This document shows, in pieces, positions 11,291 to 24,894 of a DNA stretch of 64,000 bases. Made by a program: the position numbers and the translations under genes. The stretch is taken from the NCBI RefSeq assembly GCF_006345805.1, contig NC_043015.1, positions 23,126,001-23,190,000 of the forward strand. The letters are read 5' to 3'. The notes beneath the pieces were generated by a model, which worked only from the letters and a program-made list of their open reading frames with translations, searched no databases and had not been told where the DNA came from. This stretch comes from Octopus sinensis. Lineage: Eukaryota. Every line of letters begins with the position of its first letter. Positions within the stretch are counted from its first letter, which is position 1.

Positions 11291-14264
11291 ATGGTAAGAG
11301 AATATTGCAAGGAGTTTATGCTTAGAACGCCATTTCTTTCTTCAAACTACTAAACCGTTAGAATATACACGGTGAGAGGCAGATTCTATAGTGGTCGAAT
11401 AACCTGCTGTAAATAAACGCTAAATCTCTTTCAAATCACTGTCTTAACAAGGGCACACTTTGGTTTATGCCCGCCTATGCAATGTTATAAAAGATGAAGA
11501 TTGGGAATTCCTGGCAAATAGACAGCCTCTACAACGTTATGCTACCTGCTAGAAACAGTAACAAAGTTTCAGTTATACCATTTTGTCTTGAATTAGGTTC
11601 AAAACTCTGATCCTACATGGAAATTTTGATTGATATTACATATTTTAATGCACCAAAACAATTGTTCCTGAATAAGTGCTGCTGAAATTGGTGTGCATCT
11701 AATATAACCGTTCACCTTCGTGCAATCAAATATGATGTATTCAATAAACGAAGGAAACATTGTCTACTTTAGTGTTAGAAAGATTTATTGTCTAAGACAA
11801 ATAAATACAACATGGTAACGAGTGGGACGTTATTGAACTTATTAGCTGCTTTATCTGGACAGATGTCAGAGAAAACAACACCAATAACAACAATAAGAAC
11901 TCAGTTAAGTAACCTACATTCCGTTGCTCGATCTGCTACAAACTAAAGGCAAATATTTTTCCATAGAAAAATATACCGTTAAAAAGAAACAAAAAATAAA
12001 GGAAAGTATATTGAAGAAGCTTCACTTTGAGATACAAACAGTTGTGATGATGGAGGAAGATAATTTATTTTGACGATAAGTTTAGTTAACCAGGGATGTT
12101 CTAATGCTAAATATGCTAAAGAGCATCATTAAACAGGAATCATTAGAGCCAATGACAGACCATGTATCTGCGCTTTGCATTTGATAGAAACAGAAGCTAA
12201 CCCCTGCCTTCATTTACATTCCACCATCTTACAAAAAATGTGGTTCTGAGAATAAAATATAGGCATGATTAATGCTGCAATGCCATTGAATGCCTTTGGT
12301 CCGTTCTTCTCGATGAGAGCTCGCCTAGAGATACACAAAAATCAGCATCAAGTACCAGTAATATGATGTGAATTAATGATTGCATAAATTCTGAGAAATG
12401 TTAAGTTTATAGTTTGTTCTATTTTCAGTTTCTCTGACGGCTTTACTACTAATTGAAAACATGAATAATATTTTAACAGAAATCTTGTGAAATGTTATAA
12501 TACATTGACACTTCAATTATATTAATTTAGTTGTATTTTCCCTTTTATTATCCTTTCTGTCCATCTGCATATTATATTGTTTCCAGTTTCCTTTCGTAAA
12601 TACGTGAATTATTATGTTCTTGAACATTGTTATTAAAGAGACAAAATTAAAATCGTCAATTGAAATCCGTAAGAACAACAACTTGCTGTACTCAAAGCTT
12701 AATTAGTTTATCTTTCGACGTATTGTAACCGTTTGATTGTCTGTCGGTGAATATCGGTGCCTTGTAGCAGCTGCTGATAAAATTCAGGACGCCTTCAAAT
12801 GTCAGAGACGAGACAGGAGTGAATAGTAACAAAACTACTTGAACAATATAGAAAATTAAAGAGGTAAAAATGGCATCTGAAACGTTTGAACATTTCGCAA
12901 ATACCAAAAATAAGACATTTCGTTGAGAAATACACAAGTACATTAAATATATATTATTGTAGGAAATGTTAAACTAGAAGAAAGCAGCAGCTATTGATAT
13001 TCTCATAAACATATTCCAGTTTGTATTTCATGGTGCTTGTTCCCATTAAATGATTTAACTAAGCACTGGCTGAAAAATGAACATTAGTAAATAGTCAGTC
13101 AGTTTTTCATTGGAGTATTTATGACCAACTTATAAATTACATTTATTTTCTTTTGTATTACTTATAACGACCACCGTTAGGAATTCGGATTTCTTAGTAA
13201 CGTGTAATACTCATATACTCTTTCAGGTGTTCAGCTGAGTAAGACACACATGAATGCCCTCTCAGCTCCTCCGTATGAAATAAACTACAACATCCAAGAT
13301 ACGACTGCTGGAATATTACACTAACAATCAACAGATCCATTTTCATCAACATTGTAAGTCTGAATAATAAACATGACTCATTCGAGATTAGAACATTACG
13401 CACGTTCAAACTACTCAACTAACTGAATGGAGTAAGGTATTAAACTATATATATACACACGCAATACACACACGATTGTAATTATGATACATACACTAGA
13501 TTCTCTAATGCAACATTTTATAATATAAGGCAATAGTTGTAAAGTTAGACAGTAATATCCTGGCGTAATAACTGAAGAGAAACAGAAAATCAAACCTAAG
13601 TTGATAATATGATTCTATCATTGAAGAAATATAAGATTACTGTCAGAGAATAATTTATTTTAGGGATCTAATAAAGAAGTAGATTATTCACAATTCACTG
13701 AGTTCATACATAACGCCTGGCTAGTGAATATTTTCGACAGAAACGATAGAGAAAGATAGAGATTTCATGTTATTATTTAGTTATATTTCTTTCTGATACT
13801 AGTTAAATTATTGCAGATGTTGGAATTATCTTAAATTATAGCGGGGTCTCCATTATTGGTTTGCAAAGTTGGGAACTTGACAAATATTTCTTAAGCACAT
13901 TCTCAAAAATGCGTAAATTTATGAAAATCTTACGAGATTTTATTAATGTATAAAAAAGAATTTTCTTCTTCACGAACTAAAAGGTACATTAGTGATTCTA
14001 TATCCATTCAAATAGGCCGGGGCTGATTAAATACAACAGCAACATCAATAAGAAAGGCAGCTACAGAATCCATCTACCATCATTGTATGATAAGTATTGT
14101 GGGCAATGTAAACAGAAATATGTGAGAACGATAGTGGAACAATGAAATATATTAAGTATTGTCTCATAAAACAATAATGACGAGCTATATTAAAAATCGT
14201 TCAAAAGTAAAATAAAGGAATTCCTAAGATGAATGTAATATTAAGGACCATTCTACATTATTTA

Positions 14265-14722
<458 letters not shown>

Positions 14723-14820
14723 TCAGTAGTTTTATTTTTATAGCGTGCTTTCACTTCACTACCGAGCGCAGCTCTGTGTGCCTTAGGTATATGCTGTGAT
14801 TTGTTGTGATACTCTGATGG

Positions 14821-15939
14821 TTATTGTATGGAAAGTGTTCTGCGTAGGATGTGTGCAGTGCCCAGTATTGCAATTTTCTGTATGTTATATGTGTTTGTAA
14901 GTCCTGGTGTTTTTGTTATGTATTTGTCTGAATATTTTTTTATCGTGCCTAATGCACCTACTATGATAGGAATTGTTTCCGTTTTTAGATTCCATATTCC
15001 GGTTACCTCTATTTCCAGGTCTTTGTATTTTGAGAGTTTCTCCATTTCTTTTAGAGACACGTTGTCATCTGCCGGTATTGATACATCTATTAGAAAGCAT
15101 TTTTTTTCTTTATGATCTCTGACAACTATATCTGGTCTGTTGGCCTTAATTTCTCTATCTGTGTGTATTGGCATATCCCAGAGTATGGTTGCTTTCTCGT
15201 TTTCTGTGACCTTTTCTGGTGTGTGCCTATACCATCTTTTTTCTGTTGTTATTCCATAATGTTGGCATAGCTTCCAATGTATGAAGGTTTCAACTCTGTC
15301 ATGTCTGTGAATATATTCCTTCTTAGCCAGGACTGGGCAGCTAGAGATAATATGATTTATTGTTTCTTGTCCATCTCCACATATTCTGCAGTTATTGGTT
15401 AAATTTCTTTTCATTACATGTTTTTGGTAATTTCTGGTGGGGAGGCTTTGGTCTTGTGCTGCAATTAAAAATCCCTCTGTCTCTGCTTTGAGTCCTGAGC
15501 TTCTCAACCATTGCTGGTATTTTTCTTTGTCTATTTCTTTTGCATTTAGTTTAATCCAGTATTTGCCATGTAGGGGGTTTTCTTGCCATCGTTTTATCAT
15601 GGTTCGATGCTGTTCTATTTTTAATTTGGATTTCGTTTGTTTTATAGCTTTTGTTGTTTCTTCATCTTCTTCTTCTTGTTCTTCATATTTATTAGGTGGT
15701 ATGATTTCTTGTTTGTATTTGTCAGCTTCCTTAAATACTGAGAACAGTTTTTTGTTTTGCTCGTATTTTGCCGTTATTTGTATCAGTTTTCCTTCCTTCT
15801 GAAGTAGATATTTTTGCAGTCCTATGGTGGTTATTTTATAGTAGTTTTCCAGCTTTATAAGGCCTCTACCACCTTCTATACGTTGTATATATAGCCTTTC
15901 TATGTCAGATTTTGGGTGATGCATCCTAGATCCTGTCAT
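14821..15939 (-). pseudogene. Dong/R4 ORF C-terminal part (post-RT region, CCHC knuckle, REL endonuclease), 372 aa open
   Basis: ORF track translation carries the PD-(D/E)xK-type REL signature. Confidence 0.88.
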
Positions 15940-16160
15940 TATTTTTCTTGTTTTCCTATCTATTTTGGTCAGCTCATTTAGTGTCCAGTTTAGGATATTG
16001 TAGCTGTAACTTATAACTGGGACAGCTAAAGTGTTAATACATATTATCTTGTTTTTAGCATTGGGCTCTCTTTTTAGTATTGATCTAACTCGTGTATACT
16101 ATTCTTTTTTACTTTTCTCTTTCATTTGTGTGTGTTGTGTCTTATCTAGTTCATGGATTC

Positions 16161-16886
16161 CTAAGTATTTGTAAGTTTGGTTTGGTCTAATTCTTTTATT
16201 TCATTGGTTTTATTTAGTGTGATGTTGCTACTCTTAACTAGTTTTCCTCTTTTCATGGTTACTTTGGGGCATTTTTCTAATCCAAATTTCATATCTATTT
16301 CTTTGGTAAATCCATGAACCGTCTTTAATAGTGTTTCCAGCTGTTTGTCATTTGCAGCGTATAGTTTTAGGTCATGGCTGATCGTTTTGCCGTAACATTT
16401 ATATCCACATCCAGTTCTATTTAGCATATCAGATAGAGGTGACAGTGCCAAGCAGAAAAGGAGTGGAGAGAGCGTGTCTCTCTGGAATAATCCTCTGCTA
16501 ATGGGGATGTCTTTGGTTTTCATGAGTCCCTCTTTTGTTTGGAGCTGTAGCACTGTTTGCCATGTATTCATAAAGTGCTCAATGAATTTTATAATTGCTG
16601 GTGCTACTTTTTTAATGGCTAGTGTTTCGAGGGTCCATCTGTGGGGGATGCGATGAAACGCCTTTTTGTAATCGATCCAGGCAATACTGAGGCCGTTCTT
16701 CTTTCTGTGGCCGTCTTCAGTTACGGCTTTATTAATCATTAGTTGATCTTGCTTCAGCTTTTCTTTGATCTCAGGTAAATCTTTTTCTGTGATGGTATAT
16801 TTGCGGAGTATTTTTGTTTTCTTTTTGTTGCTCAGTAGCGTTGATTTTCTACTGATTTCATTAAGAATCGACATATCTTTTCTCAT
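16161..16886 (-). pseudogene. Dong/R4 reverse transcriptase remnant lacking the YMDD motif
   Basis: KTISHDLKLYA where the family normally reads ISHLLYMDDLKLYA; frame broken at 16161. Confidence 0.85.
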
Positions 16887-16908
16887 TTTTTGTATTTTGT
16901 TTTGGATG

Positions 16909-16962
<54 letters not shown>

Positions 16963-17149
16963 TACTGCCTGGAATCGAACTCTGAATCTTGGGGTTCGTA
17001 GCCCATTCTATTAACCATCTTTTCTCATTTTTTGTATTTTGTTTTGGATGTTATTTATTATTATTATTATTAATATTATTATTATTATTATTATTTACTG
17101 CCTGGAATCGAACTCGGAATCTTGGGGTTCGTAGCCCACGCTCTTAACC
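16875..17149. repeat. Tandem duplication (~142 bp + ~133 bp) spanning the Dong 5' junction, (ATT)n and part of the SINE head
   Basis: atcttttctcattttttgtattttgttttggatgtt-(att)n-tactgcctggaatcgaactc...gtagccca occurs at 16875 and again at 17017. Confidence 0.9.
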
Positions 17150-17170
17150 ACTACGCCATATGCCCGTGGG
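17096..17170 (-). mobile_element. tRNA-derived head of SINE family E
   Basis: Minus strand gggcatatggcgtagtggttaagagcgtgggctacgaaccccaagattccgagttcgattccaggcagtaa with A box (TGGCGTAGTGG) and B box (GAGTTCGATTCC), followed by (AAT)n. Confidence 0.8.
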
Positions 17171-17489
17171 CAATTCTATTGGGGAAAACAATAAAACGAA
17201 TGTAGCTTTTAAGTTTTCAAGGGAAGCAATTTCTTATAAAACATGAGTATATTGATTAAACACTGTGCGTGCGCGTGCGCTTGAGTATGTGTGCGTGCGT
17301 GTGAGGGGGTGTACGTGAGTATACTAATAGCTTGACTTCCTTATATATGAGGAGGTATTCTACCTTATACGCACCGAAACTTTCAAATGAAACTGATTTA
17401 ATACAGTTATTAAAAAATATATTTAACATCTTCCAAATATGTTAAGTGCCTTCTTTTTCCGTTTCTCCACTGTTCACATCACCCGTGTA

Positions 17490-17503
17490 TATATATATGT
17501 GTT

Positions 17504-17595
<92 letters not shown>

Positions 17596-17898
17596 CATAC
17601 ATCCATATAGATATATATATATATGCATACATACATACATATATATATACATATATATACATATACATAATACTTACATACAGATATATATGTTCGTCTG
17701 TCCCCACCATCGCTTTACAACCGATGTTAGCGTGTTTACGTCCCCGTGACATAGCGGATCATCAAACGAGAATAATGAAATAAGTACTAGGCTTACAAAG
17801 AATAAGTCCTGAGGTTGATTCCTTCGACTAAAAGTGGGGCTCCAGTATAGCCGCAGTCAATTGACTAAAAAAAGAAAACAATAAAATAATAAAAGAAT
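17490..17898 (+). mobile_element. (TA)n tract followed by SINE family A 3' half
   Basis: gtccccaccatcgc...aataagtactaggcttacaaagaataagtcc...gctccagtatagccgcagtc at 17692-17898. Confidence 0.8.
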
Positions 17899-18535
17899 AT
17901 ATCGTTGCTATTATGCAAAAGTGTCGTAAGTCCAAAACGTGGTTTTTACAGAAAACGAAAAGGATAATTTCACCATTGCATTTCTTTTTACATTCACAAT
18001 AGTTTTGGTTTAACAATAATAATACTTTGTTGAGTGAATAAAATCGGAACTCCATGCATATATGATATTTTCAGTCAGAAATATGTGTCCAATATGTACG
18101 GGCATAACACACTCTTGAAAAATGCTAAACTGTTGTACTACACTTTGACTACACTTGACAAGCAGTTGGAGATACGATAATCTGACCAAAAGAACCGGCT
18201 ACGACAGTTTAAAATAATAGCAACGATATATGAATCATACTTCAGCAACGGAAACCACTAATACTAATTAACATTACCAAACTATTGGTGACTTCCTTAA
18301 ACCGATCTTCCCCTCATTTCTTCATATGTCAGAAACGAGAGTTTTTTGTGTGTCTGATATGGCAAGGGCGCAATATGGGAAGTCTGGTAGCTTTTAATAC
18401 TTTATGAAAGAAATTGAAAGTGTATATTCTACATGAGAAATCATGTGATAGAAAAACACATGCAAGAAATGTAACTGTAGAAACATTCATTCCTCAGTTA
18501 CCCCCTGCAGCGTTAGTGCAGCAGAACAATTGTAA

Positions 18536-18771
18536 TACCTATTTCTTTATTACCCACAAGGGGCTAAACACAGAGGGGACAAACAAGGAAAGACATAGGT
18601 ATTAAGTCGATTACATCGACCCCAGTGCTTAGCTGGTACTTAATTTATCGACCCCGAAAGGATGAAAGGCAAAGTCGACCTCGGCGGAATTTGAACTCAC
18701 AACGTAACGCAGACGAAATACCGCTAAGCATTTCGCCCGGCGTGCTAACGTTTCTGCCAGCTCGCCGCCTT
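18536..18771 (-). mobile_element. tRNA-derived SINE family B variant with a Tx1-like 3' tail
   Basis: Well-preserved head aaggcggcgagctggcagaaacgttagcacgccgggcg...gagttcaaattcc; ends ctgtgtttagccccttgtgggtaataaagaaa. Confidence 0.85.
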
Positions 18772-21700
18772 TATAATCGTAATACCATGCAGTTTCCAAT
18801 TTGCAGACATGCCTGTACACATGCATACATATATAAAAACATATATAATACATGCACATACATAACACACATACACACCACACAATCACACACACACACG
18901 CGCAAACACACACACGCGCGCATATAAAATCCTTGTGGAATAACCAAATTTAATCAATAAAAATTATCCATAACACCATAGTATGAAAACCTACCAAATA
19001 GCATATTTACGATTGAACAGAATTAAACTTAGCGTAGAAAAGTCGAAAGCATCACAACCCGATGATGGATTTGCTGGTCAAACTTCGAACTCACTGACAA
19101 TAGTATTCTTCTTAAAGAATAATAAATTTGTACTCTACCAAATATATAGAGTAATCCTTCGATTTAATACAAAATTATCATAACGTAAAAGCAAACATTT
19201 AGTTAATAGCTGCGAATATATTTTCGCGCCAGTAAAACTGCAATCGCTGTAATAAACACGAGAAGAGTATCTATTGCAGGACATCAGTAATATGTAAACA
19301 AAATCCTGACATCTTGATAAAATCTTTGATATTTTTCATTTGAAATTTGATAAATTCTGTTGTTTATACTCTGAAATCTGCTGTAAGGATGACCTCAATA
19401 CCAAATAAACGCTTTGGAAGGAAACGATTTCCGAAATATGATGTTTTTTTTCTGATCTTCATATCTCTTGAAGAATACTAGTACCAGTTTATCATTTTTT
19501 TTCTCTTTCTTTTTGCGAGTCAATAATATTTCTTTCAAAATTTTCATTTTCAACGTTCAATCAATATTGCAATGCTATTGAACCATCTGAGCAGAAGTGT
19601 AAACACAACTAGTTCTCTTCATATAAGATTACGCTTCAGTCGAACGATTTCTCTTTACATCGTTACCTGTTTGTATAAACGTTGGGTTCCGATATTTGTT
19701 TCTGATAAATATTTCATTAAGAGGGGAAATGTTATAGCATGATATTTCCACCAGACTGACCTTTGTATTGTAACAGCTTGAACCCCAAAATGTTAACATC
19801 ATTTGTAATTTTAATTTGATATATTTCTCAGGTTCATAGCAGAAAGAATGTGATTGGGAAGTGCCGCTTAAATCTTTTGTGGAAAGCCAGTGATGCGTTA
19901 CCAACGATAACACAATAGGAGAGGAAAAAGAGAAAGAGAAGGAAATCGCAAGCACAAAAATCTATAAAAGAAAACTCATATAATAATTCCAACCAAAAAT
20001 CTTTTCGTTGAAGTATTGTTTTATAAACTCTGAAAGAATATTAAACTTTATCCAAGTAGCGGTACAATATTTGTCCGAGATATTAACAACTTTAATGTAA
20101 TTATGATTTCAGTTTTGTAAATATTTTTTCTTTTTAAATTGAATTAGTTGTTGAACATATTTGTTAATAAAAATATAATAACAATTGATATTTTAATGTA
20201 TTTTTCTTTTCTTTATTATATGCTAAATAATAGCCAAAAAAAGATATTGACTTAATATTTGTCTGTTTTCAGAAATTAGATGACAAAGCCATTTCTTATG
20301 AAACTTTTTTCATTTTTCTATATATTAACAAGCAACAGAGTCTTTATAATTTATATCATCGACATTATTCATCCAAATCTTTCTACTGTGAACGTCCGTT
20401 GATTATTTTTATATGAGGTTATTAAATGACTTAATCAGGGGATGAAGACCGAGTCTCTTCAATGTTTTTTCTTAGAAAGTTGACAGCGCTGGAAAGAATG
20501 GAGATTGTTAGCAAATGGAAAACTTCCTCCAAATACTTACCATAGTGTTTACTCAGCTAAGAATACACAAGAAACAACAATAATAAGCTGCTCAATGGCG
20601 TTTCTCTACTTTGCACATCACCATAGAAACAGCTCCCCCAATGGAGTTGCCATCTACTAAATTTTAGTGACTAGAATTCAGCCTAGGATATAGAGTGTAC
20701 CACATAGTGAAAACTAATCGGAAACATCACTATAGTAGATCCAACGTGTGAACTGCAAAGACATATAAAAAGGGACATAATACTAGTTACTTAAGTGAAA
20801 TATTGCAATCGAACTAACTTAATGTTTCCTTCTGTAAAATCCACTTTATTCTACATCGACGGGAAAGACCAAGGGTGATGGATATGTCCATTTGTTTTTA
20901 AATTTACATTTTCGTATCCATTTTTAATTGTTGTTATCCATGCATTTTATAGTGGTTGCTGGAAGGCAACGCTTAAATATAATTTGTTAGATGGCTCTGT
21001 AAGGCTTTTCCTCTCAGAAAGTTCCAATATAAAAATTTCAAAAGTTTGAATATAATTATTTATCCTTTTTAAACACTTAAGCTAATGCACTTCATGCTAT
21101 GCTTGTATAATACTGCTTTCTCAAGGGAGAATATAATTTAAGTTTAATAAATCGTAGTAGTAAGTGACACAATTGATAATTCATTGTAACAGTTAAATAT
21201 AACACTTTGAAGTATCTGTCATTATCGTTGCCTCTCCACAGGCGAGTATTGGCGAACAGAATGACATATGATTAATTATATTCTTTAAACGGAGTCTGAT
21301 TCCTTTATTTTGTAGGCCAAGTTAGTACACGAAGTGGGGATGGGTACTATAACAGCTAAAGTCATCTATGTTCTCGGAAGGAGGTCGGCGTTACCAAAAT
21401 AACCAGACACAAGGAAACATTTAAATAGTACACACATATTTAATTCTATAATGATTGGCCGTTCTCCGGGTCATTTTACAAAGCCTAATGCGAAAAACGG
21501 TGCAAATGATTGATAAAAAATATGCCAAGTGTACAACATCGTTTCACTTGATCTTTGTAAATATTTTATTATCTTCTGTTTTTCCCGTTCAATTCTGATA
21601 TGAGGGTGATTTAGTTGTCATCTGTAACAGATCAAGTGACTGCATAGAAGCTTCTTGAACAACTACGATCTCCTGTAACAATGGTTCTAGGATGAGTAGC

Positions 21701-23554
21701 AGATTAACATCGACATACATGCTGAGTGGCATTTATTTTATAGACCCCGGAAGATTTAAACATAATTGCCCTTGGTGTGATTCGGACTGGATGTAGCAAG
21801 TTTCAAGGTACATTTCTGAGGCTTGCTCAGGTCTGCCAATGTACAGTTGAGTGACAAATAACAACGCCATAGTGTCCCGATAGTGTTTCCAATTATGGTT
21901 GAAGATCAACAATTTTATAGGGAGGAGAGTTATTTTATCGCTCTCGATTAAGCGAAACTTAAAGTTGACCTCATCGTGAGATCAGTGTAAATGGGATTTT
22001 GTTCTCACAAATTATGAGGTGGTAATTCGCAGAGACAATGTAAAGGAAATTAAGGGTGTTTAAACCAAACATATAACGTTTTGCATAATAATTGGGATGT
22101 TAGGCTCATGAATGTAAGCATATCGAGCCAGATCCCTGGACCACTCGCTACGCGTGTGTTTGTGTCTCTATGTCTAGTGATTACACAGAGATTTAAATCA
22201 AATTGTGACAGCATGGTACATACTGGCAAATCATGTTCGGTTGTAGATGTCTATGTTTAATAATGTGAGACGAGCTCACAAATTAAAACCAATGACATAT
22301 AAGATTTCTCACAGAAAGAAAATGCTAGATATTAGTAACATACAGAGATATATGCAATGCAATTCCTTTTCAAGTAGTTATCTGAAAAAGCGTTGCCTTT
22401 GAAAGAATATAACACTAGATTTCATGATATGTTTTCTTTCCGTTGTTATATGTTTATCAATGGTGATACTCTCTATTATGTCATTGATATATCACTGAGC
22501 GGTGATGTTATTTTTGATATTATATCATGCTACAGGATATCATATTCAGATTATCAACACACATGCAAGCCACACGCCAGCGTGTACTGGCGATAGGTTG
22601 TTATATAGTTTTATTTCTGTTTTGCTAAAATATTGATATTACCAGCGAATGCATCTTCGCTTGAGAACGTTATACAAAATCATAAAACGATTGCAAGCTC
22701 GAGTGCTGTGGAGGATGAAATCTGATCTTACACTGAAAAATATAGACATTGATATAAAGTTTTGAGTTTTCAACTTTGCCTTCTATACCGTTAGCAGCGT
22801 CGGCTACATACCATATCACAGACCAGTTAGTGAAAATGCGAGACGGAATCAATAATCGCAGATATAAAAGTTGAAATTGTATATATTATATATTATGTAA
22901 AATGTAGCTATATTTATAGATGTAGATATATGATTTTGTATTTTCATATCTGTTTATTTAGAATTCACATAATGTCTACATTGCTTACCAAAGCCCTAGA
23001 AAATTATGTCTCAAAAATTGGATTAATAAAACTGAGGAAGTAAAGGAAAAGTAGAAATGCATAAAAACCATTAAACTTTTTGTAAAAAAAGGCAACGCTT
23101 CTATATTAACTTAAATGTTCACTACCCATAGATAATCAAAGTCCTTCACAATACCGATCACCGCCAGTCCCAGCACATTATAGAGACGGAGTGCTCTGAA
23201 ACTTTCATTAAGCACGTTTAGACTCCACCGAGAGCATAAGTCTTACATTTTGGGTATAATACTGATTTAATAGTTAACTCAAATTTAGTATATTTTTACC
23301 AGATGTATGACATAGAGGTGTGTGTACACGACCATTGTCCCCTCCTCAAAAGGCTTTGAACACTTCTTGGAATTGTAGAAAGCATTCAAAGGGTTTATTC
23401 GTTCTCCATCGGTGTTTCGGTCAAGTGTACAGCAGCTGGGATATATGTGTGTGTGTGTATGTGCGTGCGTGTGTGTGTATGTGTGTGCATGTCTGTGTGT
23501 ATGCATATATATGTATACATATGTATACATATGTATGCATGTATATAACTTTTA

Positions 23555-23938
23555 AACATGACGTCAAACATTAAGACAATGCAAATATCTCAACTCATAT
23601 ACGATATTATTACGGGAAGAAATTCAAAATCTTACAGCTGTTTCTGGGATATCCTTTAGTATAGGATATTCCGCCTTCAGAGAGAAATTGAGGAAAAATA
23701 TAGAAAGTGAGAAATGGTATATACGAATAAGATGTCATCATATAGAAGGGGAGTTTCTATGTTATCATGTAAATGATATATACCATTCTTATTTTCAATA
23801 TTTTACTCCAATTTGTTGATGGAATAAGCCATAGTTGAGGATATCCTAGAAACAACTGCAAGATTTTGAATTTCTTCCTGTAATAATATCGTATAAGTCT
23901 TGAGATGTTTGCCTTGCCTTAATGTTTGACGTCATGTT
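23555..23938. repeat. Foldback / long inverted repeat (101-bp arms, ~90% identical, weaker similarity continuing inward)
   Basis: 23555-23655 is the reverse complement of 23838-23938 with about 10 mismatches. Confidence 0.88.
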
Positions 23939-24194
23939 CAACAATTATGTATCCGCTGCATCGGAAATCTGCCATGGCTCCATAACTGCGTCTCGGCTAT
24001 AATCTTGGGGCCCCAATAATCCCTTACAGCACTTATCTAGCGTATCTAATTGTTTAGATCACCTGTGAAATGAACCCCAGTACTTTGTATGTATATATAT
24101 ATATATATATATTGTGTGTGTGTGTGCGCGCGCGTGCGTGTGTATGTATTTACACATACAAACACACACACATATATATATAATTATAAAGCAT

Positions 24195-24440
24195 TGACAG
24201 CACTTTCGGATATCTGTAGACTTGAGCACAACTGTAGACAATGTGATTTGTGGAAGACCAGCAGTCGCTCATGCATACCTTCCGTACACCACTGGATCTG
24301 TCCAAGAGAATGTCAACAACCGAGACAGCTTGGCAATAGTGACGTTGTAACACTTTGCTCAAGAACAGATCACAGCTAGCTCCGGGAATCGAACTCACAA
24401 TTGTAAGACCGACATTGTAATCAATGAATCATGCGTTTTC
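24195..24440 (-). mobile_element. tRNA-derived SINE family C, degraded
   Basis: gaagaccagcagtcgctcatgcatacc and ttgctcaagaaca...ccgggaatcgaactcac; homologous to 25140-25345. Confidence 0.7.
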
Positions 24441-24461
24441 ACACACACACATACATTATAC

Positions 24462-24529
<68 letters not shown>

Positions 24530-24535
<6 letters not shown>

Positions 24536-24778
24536 TGTGGACCGGGCGTTGTGAGTGTTTATTGAGCGAAAACACCTAAAAGCTCCACGACGCTCCGGCA
24601 GGGTGTGGTGATCCCTGCTGTACTCTTTCACCACTCTTTCTCCCACTCTTTTTGCTGTTGGCCTGCTCGCTTAGCCAGCGGGGTGGCGTCATTCGAAGGC
24701 TAAAACAATGCGAACGCATTGTGACCAGCGATGTGTAACTACATCTGATGGACTGGTCGGTCACGTGATCACGTGATA
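24530..24778. repeat. GC-richer interspersed repeat between (TG)n and (TA)n tracts
   Basis: ~240 bp of complex sequence ending ggtcacgtgatcacgtga, sandwiched between microsatellites. Confidence 0.6.
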
Positions 24779-24857
24779 TATATATATATATAAATATATG
24801 CATAAATTTATGTATACCTTTATATCTAAGTGTATATATGTACACACACACACACGC

Positions 24858-24894
<37 letters not shown>

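Larger units (their letters stand above)
14723..16910 (-). mobile_element. R4/Dong-clade non-LTR retrotransposon, 5'-truncated and internally deleted (RT + CCHC + restriction-like endonuclease)
   Basis: RT motifs WIDYKKAF and RGLFQRDTLSPLLF; CRICGDGQETINHIISSC zinc knuckle; RPDIVV...LIDVSIP...EKLSKYKDL REL; ends QKIAILGTAHILRR; flanked by (AAT)n on both sides. Confidence 0.92.

Noticed and set aside
12692-12943. Minus-strand ORF with a hydrophobic, signal-like stretch
   Set aside because: No recognisable family and no linked start exon; hydrophobic residues are expected in AT-rich DNA.
17096-17170. Possible tRNA gene (also heads at ~25520-25600, 35330-35408 and 18690-18771)
   Set aside because: A and B boxes are present but the acceptor stem does not close, and each continues into a SINE body.
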